Part shown: one piece after another, positions 9,389 through 17,280 of the stretch
How positions within the stretch are numbered: position 1 is the stretch's first letter
Layout of the letters: every line of letters begins with the position of its first letter
DNA from: Oligoflexales bacterium
GTDB taxonomy: Bacteria > Bdellovibrionota_B > Oligoflexia > Oligoflexales > RGVZ01
Assembly (NCBI GenBank): GCA_947494335.1
Contig: CANLUT010000003.1
Coordinates: forward strand, 135,381-199,380
DNA: 64,000 nt
Direction of reading: 5' to 3'
Made by a program: the position numbers and the translations under genes
The notes under the pieces: model-generated
Told to the model about the DNA's origin: nothing
The model's input: the letters and a program-made list of their open reading frames with translations, nothing else
Database searches by the model: none

Positions 9389-9415
9389 AACGTTTGTTTA
9401 AATTATACAAACATT
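9389..9415. promoter_or_regulatory. Inverted repeat (candidate TetR operator) overlapping a perfect minus-strand TATAAT
   Basis: AACGTTTGT (9389-9397) and ACAAACATT (9407-9415) form an 8/9 inverted repeat. The plus-strand 'attata' at 9402-9407 reads TATAAT on the minus strand. The site is directly upstream of the tetR-OMF-RND genes. Confidence 0.4.
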
Positions 9416-9556
9416 CGTACAATATTTTTAAACACTATTTTAATTTTATGGGTTTAAGCCAATTATTTTGGGACCTTATTATAGTCTTGACCAACGGCTG
9501 TCCCAGAACTATTCAGGTGCTCCCACGTTTAGCAGCGGAAATCCTGGAGGATCGAT

Positions 9557-10750
9557 ATGGAACACGGCACGGTGATATTAAATCCTGGTAAGGATAAACC
9601 GGTGAAACAGGGTCACCCATGGATCTTCAGCGGTGCGATCAAAAAAGAGCCGACCCGTGTTTCCGCGGGCATGACCGTAGACGTGTTGGATGCTAACAAG
9701 CAGTTTGTTGCTCGAGGATACTTTAATCCTGCATCTCAAATCAGGGTACGCGTTTTGACCACAAATGAATTTGAGATGATTGACGCCGATCTTATCCGGC
9801 GCCGCATTAAGGCTGCCGTGGGGCGAAGAGAGCGCCTTGTGAAGTCTGGACAAACAAATGCGGTCCGTTTGGTTGCGCATGAATCAGATTTGCTGCCTGG
9901 GCTGATTGTTGATCGCTATGGTGAATGGCTCTCGTTTCAAATTGTCACAGCGGGTATGGAACTATGGCGATCTGAGATCATTTCGTCGCTCAAAGAGATC
10001 GTAAGTCCAAAAGGTATTATGGAACGCAGTGATGACGCAGTCCGCGAAAAAGAAGGACTGTCTCAGCGCAATGAGGTTGTTTATGGTGATACTGAGATTT
10101 CCGAAGTGCCGATTCTTGAAAATGGAATGAAGATTCTGGTTGATATTCGCAGTGGTCACAAAACCGGGTTCTATCTTGATCAGCGAGATAACAGAGCTGT
10201 CATTCGGGATTATGCTGCGGGCTGTGATGTTTTAAATTGTTTTTCATTTTCGGGCGGATTTTCTGTGGCAGCGATGATGGGTGGTGCAAAGAGCGTCATC
10301 AATGTTGATGAAAGTGGTCCAGCACTCACACTTGCAAGCAAGAATTTGGAGAACAATGGATTTTCGTCGTCTCCAAATCAGTCTGTGCAGGGTGATGTTT
10401 TCAAACTTTTACGAGATTATAAGTCATCCGGTAAGGTCTTCGATTTAATTGTTCTTGATCCGCCAAAGTTTGTTTCATCTAGTGCGCAAATTGATCGAGC
10501 GTGTCGAGGCTATAAAGATTTAAATTTGCTGGCTATGCAACTGTTAAGGCCCGGTGGTTTACTAGCAACCTTTTCATGTAGTGGCTTGATTAGTCGTGAC
10601 TTATTTCAGAAGGTTGTTTTTGGAGCTAGCATTGATGCCAAAGCAGACATGCAAATCATTAGGCATTTGAGTCAGTCTGAAGATCATCCAACGCTGCTGA
10701 CATTCCCAGAGTCCTTGTACCTTAAGGGATTACTTCTACGAAAAATCTGA
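9557..10750 (+). CDS. rlmI: 23S rRNA m5C methyltransferase RlmI-like (PUA + class I SAM methyltransferase)
   Basis: GGAGGA Shine-Dalgarno. N-terminal 'GKDKPVKQGHPWIFSGAI' as in RlmI/YccW. SAM-binding 'VLNCFSFSGGFS' and 'DLIVLDPPKF'. Confidence 0.8.
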   Translation: MEHGTVILNPGKDKPVKQGHPWIFSGAIKKEPTRVSAGMTVDVLDANKQFVARGYFNPASQIRVRVLTTNEFEMIDADLIRRRIKAAVGRRERLVKSGQTNAVRLVAHESDLLPGLIVDRYGEWLSFQIVTAGMELWRSEIISSLKEIVSPKGIMERSDDAVREKEGLSQRNEVVYGDTEISEVPILENGMKILVDIRSGHKTGFYLDQRDNRAVIRDYAAGCDVLNCFSFSGGFSVAAMMGGAKSVINVDESGPALTLASKNLENNGFSSSPNQSVQGDVFKLLRDYKSSGKVFDLIVLDPPKFVSSSAQIDRACRGYKDLNLLAMQLLRPGGLLATFSCSGLISRDLFQKVVFGASIDAKADMQIIRHLSQSEDHPTLLTFPESLYLKGLLLRKI

Positions 10751-10847
10751 TTAAAAAATCATGACATTTCGGTGTCTTAAGAGATTTTCCTCCATTTCGC
10801 AAAGACTCGACCGAAACCCCCTTGGGTTCTTTTGGAGGAAACACGTT

Positions 10848-11765
10848 ATGAAGTCCATGTTAAAGGGTATCGCCCCTTGCGCGACGCTACTTTTGATAGG
10901 TTGCGGAGATCTTTCGATGCCAGACGCAGGCTCGTCCATTCGCCGAACTTCTGCCGATAGGAATCGTGTACCTGCTTCGAATGAATTAGATTTTGATCTT
11001 TCAAAATGCGGTTTTGACCTAACGAAGCCAGCAGAGACGATTTCATCGCGTCGAATGAGTATGGTTCCAAGAAAGATTTCCATACCACGTTTACTTTGGA
11101 CAGAGACGTATACAATATCTGGCATGTCAATCGTAGAGGAATCACTTAGTCGATCAATTGTCACCTATTCCGCTCAGTCCACGCCAGCTTCTACGCTGGA
11201 TCAGGTCAACGCGCAGCTGGGTGCTCTGAGTGCAGGTTTTACTGCTGATCTTTTGAAGCTTGAAGAGCGCGCAAAAATTGGAAGTCTCCATTCAGATTGG
11301 CGCGGCGTGTTTTGCTCTTTGCAGCCTGCAATTCGTCTCGAGCATGGTATGACCGAGAAGGTGGCTGTAGAGTTTGATAAACCTCTGCCTATTAATCCGC
11401 TAGTTATTGCGGATGTATCGCGTCTAATGGCGGAGATGGGTTCTTCGCGTTCATGGTCTGGAATTACTGCAAAAGTTTCGGACTCGCTGAATCCAGAAAT
11501 TCCGATTGGCTCGACATGGAGTGGTCGTGTTACGTCAGGACCCGTATCGTCTGTTGTTGATATAGAGGGACCAGCAGGACCAATGCGGATTCAAGCTGAA
11601 TTTGCTGTTAAGCTTTCCTACGATTTTGGTTCTTCTTCAGCGAATCGATCGATGGGATTGCCGAATTCCGTCACATGGTATGTCGATTCCTCGACCAACA
11701 TGTTTAAGCTTACACAGATTGATTTTGGCGATGGAACCATCGTCAATTACCTGCCTGATCGCTAA
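10848..11765 (+). CDS. Hypothetical lipoprotein
   Basis: GGAGGA lies 7 nt upstream of ATG 10848. Lipobox 'ATLLLIGC|GD'. No recognisable family. The upstream part of the ORF-track call (10761-) lacks a Shine-Dalgarno. Confidence 0.6.
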   Translation: MKSMLKGIAPCATLLLIGCGDLSMPDAGSSIRRTSADRNRVPASNELDFDLSKCGFDLTKPAETISSRRMSMVPRKISIPRLLWTETYTISGMSIVEESLSRSIVTYSAQSTPASTLDQVNAQLGALSAGFTADLLKLEERAKIGSLHSDWRGVFCSLQPAIRLEHGMTEKVAVEFDKPLPINPLVIADVSRLMAEMGSSRSWSGITAKVSDSLNPEIPIGSTWSGRVTSGPVSSVVDIEGPAGPMRIQAEFAVKLSYDFGSSSANRSMGLPNSVTWYVDSSTNMFKLTQIDFGDGTIVNYLPDR

Positions 11766-11780
11766 ATTAATTAAAAGAAA

Positions 11781-11802
11781 AAGGGCCCTTCGCAGGGCCC
11801 TG
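11781..11802. terminator. Hairpin between convergent genes (lipoprotein + / peroxiredoxin -)
   Basis: 'AAGGGCCCTTCGCAGGGCCCTG' has GGGCC/GGCCC arms around a short loop. It is flanked by 'aaaagaaaaa' on the 5' side. Confidence 0.5.
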
Positions 11803-11831
11803 AATCAATCAAACGTACAAATGCTGGATTT

Positions 11832-12416
11832 TCACTTTTTGAAGAAAGTCTTAAGACCTTCTTGGTTAGCTTTCATGGCTGTCTCGCCTTTTTTCCAGTT
11901 CGCTGGACAGACTTCGCCATGCTGCTCAGTGTGCTGAAGAGCTTCCAGCAAGCGGAGCATTTCGTCAACGCTGCGTCCAAGTGGAAGGTTATTAATGGTC
12001 TGCTGTTGAACAACGCCATTCTTATCGATCAGGAATGTACCGCGCAGTGCGACTCCGGCTTCAGGAATTAACACGTCGTAGTCACGAGAGATGGTTTTGT
12101 GGATATCGGAGACGATCGGGTAGGTCACGCCTTTGATACCGCCTTCGGTTTTCGGGGTGTTCAACCATGCCAAGTGTGAGAACTGACTGTCGACCGATAC
12201 ACCAATCACTTCACAGTTATGCTTTTTGAATGCTTCAAGTTTGTCTTGGAATGCATGCAGCTCTGTAGGGCAAACAAATGTGAAATCAAGAGGGTAAAAG
12301 AACAGGACAACATACTTACCGTTAAGATCGCTTAATTTGATTTCTTTGAAATCGTTGCCATTGACAACTGCCGTCGCTTTGAAATCTGGAGCTTTTTTGC
12401 CGACTAATACGCCCAT
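11832..12416 (-). CDS. ahpC: Typical 2-Cys peroxiredoxin (AhpC/Prx1 subfamily)
   Basis: AAGGAGG Shine-Dalgarno before ATG 12416. Peroxidatic Cys motif '[13 protein letters not shown]'. Resolving Cys 'HGEVCPANW'. Confidence 0.9.
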   Translation of the reverse strand: MGVLVGKKAPDFKATAVVNGNDFKEIKLSDLNGKYVVLFFYPLDFTFVCPTELHAFQDKLEAFKKHNCEVIGVSVDSQFSHLAWLNTPKTEGGIKGVTYPIVSDIHKTISRDYDVLIPEAGVALRGTFLIDKNGVVQQQTINNLPLGRSVDEMLRLLEALQHTEQHGEVCPANWKKGETAMKANQEGLKTFFKK

Positions 12417-12563
12417 AATAGGCCTCCTTAGAGTAGAAATATCACCTGTGGATGGATACATAAGTTTACTATCCCAGTCAACTATAATTTCCACCGGGTG
12501 TGCCAGTGTGATTCTGCAATTTTTTCATGAGGTTATCGAGGTATCTAGAAAGCTTTTTTGAGT

Positions 12564-13646
12564 CTAAAAAGAACAGAAGACAGTAACCTCTTTGCGGTCA
12601 TGATAGAGCTGTTTGGCAGCAATTTTAAGTTGTCTACCGGAGGCGTTGACGGTTGTTTCAAGATAGCGAAGACAGTCCTTTGTCTCCCGATACCTCTGTT
12701 TCATGGGAAGCTTTAGATTAAAAATCGAGCGTTTACAGTAGTCATGGGTAAACCAGTCAGCAATCAGAGCCGAAATTTTTGAGGGTTGTTCAACGACATC
12801 GCAGACGAGCCAATCCACCCGTTCATGCGGCCTAAACTTGAAGGCGTCTTCTCGCAAATGGGTCACCAGGCCTGAGGCCATAAGTTTTTCGTCGATGGCT
12901 CCGTTGTCGACGGCTATGGTTTGAATACCTCGCTGAACAAACTGATACGTCCAACCGCCAGGACATGCGCCCAGGTCTACGGCCAACATTTGCGGCCTAA
13001 GTTCTTGCGCCATGCCAGTGGCTCCCAAAAAAACGTGAAATGCCTCCTCGAGTTTTAGAGTGCTGCGACTCGGGGCATTTGGTGGAAATCTTAGGCGCGG
13101 AATTCCCATGGTCCATGGGCTTGAATTACCAACATCAGATAGCGAGATCGATGCCTGCTGCCCCGTAAGCATCACTATATTGATGCGCGGAAGGTGTGCA
13201 GCACCTTTCCCTTTAGGGAGAAGCTTTAGTTTGTTCAAGGTGTTTTCAATTGGACGCGTTAACGCTTTGCAGAAATGTGATAGTTCTTTCGAGGAGTCCG
13301 TGTCAGGTGTTTCAAGTTGCAGGGCCGAAAAAGCATTTGACCCTGAGGACGGGAGAAGATGCTCCTGAATTGCTTGAATTATTGACGATGCGCGGTCGCC
13401 ATCCGATGGTAGATTGATTTGCGCAGCCTGCCATAGAAGTTGTCGGGCGAATATGAGCTTCTCCAGTTTGATTTTTTGGCGAGCGACTTGCCAGTCCTCA
13501 TCGGAAAGTTTCACCCTGACAAATGCCGTCTCAGCATCTGCGTCGACACTGGCCGCAGAGATTTCTGCCAACTTTAGATGATCTTTGATCTCCTCTGCGG
13601 CATCAGATTCAAAGCCTTGGCGAACGTGTATAAAAATCGCTTTCAA
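12564..13646 (-). CDS. rlmM: 23S rRNA 2'-O-ribose C2498 methyltransferase RlmM-like
   Basis: N-terminus 'KAIFIHVRQGFESDAAEEI' parallels E. coli RlmM 'VVLLCRPGFEKECAAEI'. FtsJ-like core 'AVDLGACPGGWTYQFVQRG' and 'WLVCDVVEQP'. The TTG start overlaps the pruA stop codon (TTGA). Confidence 0.8.
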   Translation of the reverse strand: MKAIFIHVRQGFESDAAEEIKDHLKLAEISAASVDADAETAFVRVKLSDEDWQVARQKIKLEKLIFARQLLWQAAQINLPSDGDRASSIIQAIQEHLLPSSGSNAFSALQLETPDTDSSKELSHFCKALTRPIENTLNKLKLLPKGKGAAHLPRINIVMLTGQQASISLSDVGNSSPWTMGIPRLRFPPNAPSRSTLKLEEAFHVFLGATGMAQELRPQMLAVDLGACPGGWTYQFVQRGIQTIAVDNGAIDEKLMASGLVTHLREDAFKFRPHERVDWLVCDVVEQPSKISALIADWFTHDYCKRSIFNLKLPMKQRYRETKDCLRYLETTVNASGRQLKIAAKQLYHDRKEVTVFCSF

Positions 13647-15274
13647 GGCTCGGCCATAAATGGATAGCGGTAGTCAACGATTGGTAAATAATTTTCTTTG
13701 ATGGTGCGGTGGTTGACCCAGCGCAGCAAATTGTAGACTGATCCTGCTTTGTCATTGGTTCCTGACGCGCGAGCACCGCCAAAAGGCTGCTGTCCCACAA
13801 CGGCACCCGTTGGTTTGTCGTTTATATAGAAATTACCTGCCGCATTCTCCAGGGCTGCAGACATCTGGTGAATCGTGTGCCTATCTTTAGCGAAGATGGC
13901 TCCAGTCAGTGCATATGGTGTCGATTCGTCACAAAGTTTTAGGGCCGTATCAAAGTCTTTGTCTTCATAAACATAGACCGTGAGTACGGGGCCAAAAATT
14001 TCTTCCACCATAGTGGTAGATTTTGGGTTTGTGGTCTCGATGATTGTCGGGCGAATAAAATAACCTCGACTGCTGTCGCAATGTCCCCCAGCGATGACCT
14101 TACAAGCCGAATCAGCCTTTGCATTTTCAATGTAGTTCTTAATTTTTTTGAACGCTCGCTCATCAATAACTGCACCGACAAAGTTTGTGAAGTCTTCGGG
14201 ATCTCCCATCTTGAGTTCTTCAGTCATTGCAACCAGCTTATCCTTGAGTTTTGGCCAAATGCTCCGCGGAATATAAGCGCGTGATGCGGCGGAACACTTT
14301 TGTCCCTGATACTCAAAAGCACCCCTCACCAATGCCACGGCGAGCATATCAACGTCTGCTGAATGATGTGCAAACACAAAGTCTTTACCGCCAGTTTCTC
14401 CAACAAGGCGCGGGTAGGACGCATATTTTGACAGGTTATTACCCACGGTTTGCCAAATGTTGTTGAATGTGTTTGTGGAACCGGTGAAATGCACACCAGC
14501 AAGATCTTTGTGGTTTAGCGCCACATTGGAAATTTCAGCAGCATCGCCCGGGATAAAGTTTATGACGCCCGCAGGTAGACCGGCTTCTTCGAGAATTTCC
14601 ATCCCGATCCAGGATCCCAATACTGCAGTAGCAGCAGGCTTCCACAGGACTGAACATCCCATCAGAGCGGGTGTTGCCGCAAGATTGACTGAAATGGAGG
14701 TAAAATTAAACGGTGCTACCGCGTATACAAAACCTTCGAGACCACGGGCTGATAAGCGATTCCATGTGCCTGGTGCCGATATTGGTTGTTGACGATAAAT
14801 CTGCTCTGCAAAGTGCACGTTAAACCTGAAAAAATCAATGAGTTCACAGGCGGCGTCGATCTCCGCCTGGAACACGGTTTTACTTTGACCAAGCATCGTC
14901 GCAGCATTCATCCGAGCGCGGTATTTTGTAGTTAATAGATCAGCGGCCTTTAGGAAGACTGCGGCCCGGTCTTCCCAGGGTAGAGACGCCCAGTGTTTTC
15001 TTGCTTTGAGACTTGCATCGATTGCAAGCTGTGCCTCTTTGGCGCCTCCTTGAGAAAAAGTTGCCAACGTCAAAGATGTGTTATGAGGGCAGTTTACTTG
15101 CCCCATTTTTGATGTGAAAACGTGCTCGCCGCCAATGACTAAAGGGATTTTGATCGGAGATGCTTTCATCTCCGTCAGGCATTTTTTTATGTCACGCTTT
15201 TCAGGTGATCCAGGACCATAAGGCTTCACTGGTTCGTTGATCGGGGTCGGTGTTGAGAAGATTCCATTCGACAT
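13643..15274 (-). CDS. pruA: L-glutamate gamma-semialdehyde (1-pyrroline-5-carboxylate) dehydrogenase
   Basis: Aldehyde dehydrogenase superfamily with 'FTGSTNTF', catalytic 'GQKCSAASR' and 'EEIFGPVL'. N-terminus 'PINEPVKPYGPGSPEK' is typical of monofunctional P5CDH. ATG 15274 (MSNGIF) has a GAGGG Shine-Dalgarno; the ORF track starts at 15295. Confidence 0.85.
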   Translation of the reverse strand: MSNGIFSTPTPINEPVKPYGPGSPEKRDIKKCLTEMKASPIKIPLVIGGEHVFTSKMGQVNCPHNTSLTLATFSQGGAKEAQLAIDASLKARKHWASLPWEDRAAVFLKAADLLTTKYRARMNAATMLGQSKTVFQAEIDAACELIDFFRFNVHFAEQIYRQQPISAPGTWNRLSARGLEGFVYAVAPFNFTSISVNLAATPALMGCSVLWKPAATAVLGSWIGMEILEEAGLPAGVINFIPGDAAEISNVALNHKDLAGVHFTGSTNTFNNIWQTVGNNLSKYASYPRLVGETGGKDFVFAHHSADVDMLAVALVRGAFEYQGQKCSAASRAYIPRSIWPKLKDKLVAMTEELKMGDPEDFTNFVGAVIDERAFKKIKNYIENAKADSACKVIAGGHCDSSRGYFIRPTIIETTNPKSTTMVEEIFGPVLTVYVYEDKDFDTALKLCDESTPYALTGAIFAKDRHTIHQMSAALENAAGNFYINDKPTGAVVGQQPFGGARASGTNDKAGSVYNLLRWVNHRTIKENYLPIVDYRYPFMAEP

Positions 15275-15324
15275 AAAGCCCTCGGAGTTCAGCATTTGTT
15301 GATTGAGCTCTTTTTATAGCCTTT

Positions 15325-16200
15325 TCATGGGGATGTGCGCAACAAAACCTCGATGCGTCGGGCCAACTTATGACTCAGCATGCTGGTAAAGTGTGTTTCC
15401 CCGGTCAAAGAGAATGTCTGCAGGTTCAACGAGGCTATAAATTCATCAATTTTTCGGTGGTTCGCGAAAAAATCAAGGCTCCCTGCCACAAGCAATGATG
15501 GAAACGTCAATAGCTGGAGTTTTGCCAAGGGGTTTATATTTTCGATAATACGGGCAGCAACATACAGGTATGAACCTGACTCATCAGGAGCAACTCGCAC
15601 AGGATAGCGGCTGCGTAAAATTGGACCTAAAGACGGATGGATTCCAAGAAATCCGTAGTCTCTTAGGGCCTGCATATATGATGGTCGAAGCGGTGAGATA
15701 ACTTCCGTTGCTAAAAGATAACCCGCATTTAAATTCAAGGGTAATCCAATCATCGAAAGAGACTGAATTCTCTCTGGATGGTGTACGGCGTAATCTAGTA
15801 GCAGGACGGCTCCCATGCTATAGCCACATAAATGAAGTCTCGGTCTTCCAACTGTTAATTGGTCAATTTGCCCGATCATGTCGGTAACCAGGTTTTTTAT
15901 CGAGGCACGTCCCAAAAGGGACGTGCAATTTTTACCGTGGCCATCGAGATCGGTTGTCACGATGTTATAACCTGATTCCAAAAGATGTTGAAACAGATGG
16001 ACGTTTGGAAACAAAGCGTCGTTACCTAAGCCGTGAAGGAAAAGCACAATCGGCCTTTCAATATTTTGTAAGTGACCGATTGCAAGTAGCTCACTTGTCC
16101 CACCCGCGCGCACCCAATTCATAGATCTTGCGTCAAATCCTGCAGATTGCAGCCACGTTGCAAATTTGTGGGTCCAAGGCTGGCGATGAAGCATGCTCAT
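15325..16200 (-). CDS. Alpha/beta-fold hydrolase
   Basis: 'VLFLHGLGND' (oxyanion region) and nucleophile elbow 'CGYSMGA'. Length is about 290 aa. Confidence 0.75.
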   Translation of the reverse strand: MSMLHRQPWTHKFATWLQSAGFDARSMNWVRAGGTSELLAIGHLQNIERPIVLFLHGLGNDALFPNVHLFQHLLESGYNIVTTDLDGHGKNCTSLLGRASIKNLVTDMIGQIDQLTVGRPRLHLCGYSMGAVLLLDYAVHHPERIQSLSMIGLPLNLNAGYLLATEVISPLRPSYMQALRDYGFLGIHPSLGPILRSRYPVRVAPDESGSYLYVAARIIENINPLAKLQLLTFPSLLVAGSLDFFANHRKIDEFIASLNLQTFSLTGETHFTSMLSHKLARRIEVLLRTSP

Positions 16201-16338
16201 GCGACTTTATCCTGAGGGTGAAAACGTCCGAAATCTTTAAGATTTAATACAATATTTTGTGGAATTTCAATGCTTCAAACTCCAGCCTGGGTATGCAAAT
16301 GCCGATAGATTAGGAAATTCGGAGGGAGTTACCTCGTC

Positions 16339-17280
16339 GTGATACAAGCAAAGACCCCCACACAGCTGCCGGTTTCTTTGGGACCGTACCGCCTCATTCA
16401 AGAGGTGGGTGCCGGTGGCGTTGGTCGTGTCTTCAAGGCTATCGACGAGCGCAATGGTAAAACTGTAGCCGTGAAATTGCTACATGATACTTTGCTCCGG
16501 GATCCAAAGCGACTTGGCCATTTTCATCGAGAGTTACTGATCATGGCAAGCTTTAACCATCGTCATATTGTCAGCTATGTTGATTCATATTTCGATCCCC
16601 CTGCCTGCTATATTGTTACTGAATTTATTGAGGGATGGTCAGGATACAGTCTCTACAAGAAAACAGGTCGCATGCCACCGGTAGTTGCTCTGTGTATTCT
16701 TATTGATATCCTCAAGGGTATTGATTATCTCCATTTACACAACACGATTCATTCTGATCTTTCAGCAGCTAATTATCTTGTAGATGTTAGTGGGCGTGTT
16801 GCTCTGACTGATTTCGGTTTGTCGATCAAGCAGGAAATTGAGGACTACAAAAATTATTCATTGGGAACGCCGGGCTATTATGCTCCCGAGCACATTACAG
16901 GCTCTGGAATCACGCCTCGTACGGATCTTTATTGCGCTGGATTGATTCTCTATGAGTTAATTGTTGGTCAAAAAGCCGTTGCAGCCACGAAAGATTCTGC
17001 AAAAAATTTGGCAGCCATGAAAAAAATAAATTTCGACTTGATCGAAACCACAGATGCCAAAATGACAAAAAAAATCAAATCAGTTTTAGAGAAGTCACTA
17101 GCCTTCAACCCATCGCGCCGCTTTGCTGCAGCTGATGAAATGATGTGGGCCGCATACGAAATAATAAAGAGGTTTAATATTCGCTTCGCTCGCTACGCAA
17201 TCAATCAATATTTAATTGATAAGGGACTCGCTAAAGGGCCGTACTCGGGCCCTGAACAAGATATTTACCGCGGATTTTGA
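16339..17280 (+). CDS. Hanks-type Ser/Thr protein kinase, kinase domain only (non-RD type)
   Basis: GGAGGGAG Shine-Dalgarno and GTG start. Motifs: 'VGAGGVGRVFKA', 'VAVKLL', catalytic loop 'HSDLSAANYLV', 'LTDFGLS', 'YYAPEH', 'RTDLYCAGLILYEL'. Confidence 0.85.
   Translation: MIQAKTPTQLPVSLGPYRLIQEVGAGGVGRVFKAIDERNGKTVAVKLLHDTLLRDPKRLGHFHRELLIMASFNHRHIVSYVDSYFDPPACYIVTEFIEGWSGYSLYKKTGRMPPVVALCILIDILKGIDYLHLHNTIHSDLSAANYLVDVSGRVALTDFGLSIKQEIEDYKNYSLGTPGYYAPEHITGSGITPRTDLYCAGLILYELIVGQKAVAATKDSAKNLAAMKKINFDLIETTDAKMTKKIKSVLEKSLAFNPSRRFAAADEMMWAAYEIIKRFNIRFARYAINQYLIDKGLAKGPYSGPEQDIYRGF

Noticed and set aside
12491-12510. A TGGCAC hexamer on the minus strand (12500-12505) upstream of the peroxiredoxin gene, which looked like a sigma-54 -24 box.
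   Set aside because: The -12 position reads GTGGA rather than TTGC(A/T), so there is no GC at the required GG-N10-GC spacing. A sigma-70-like TTGACT-N17-TATCCA lies nearer the gene.
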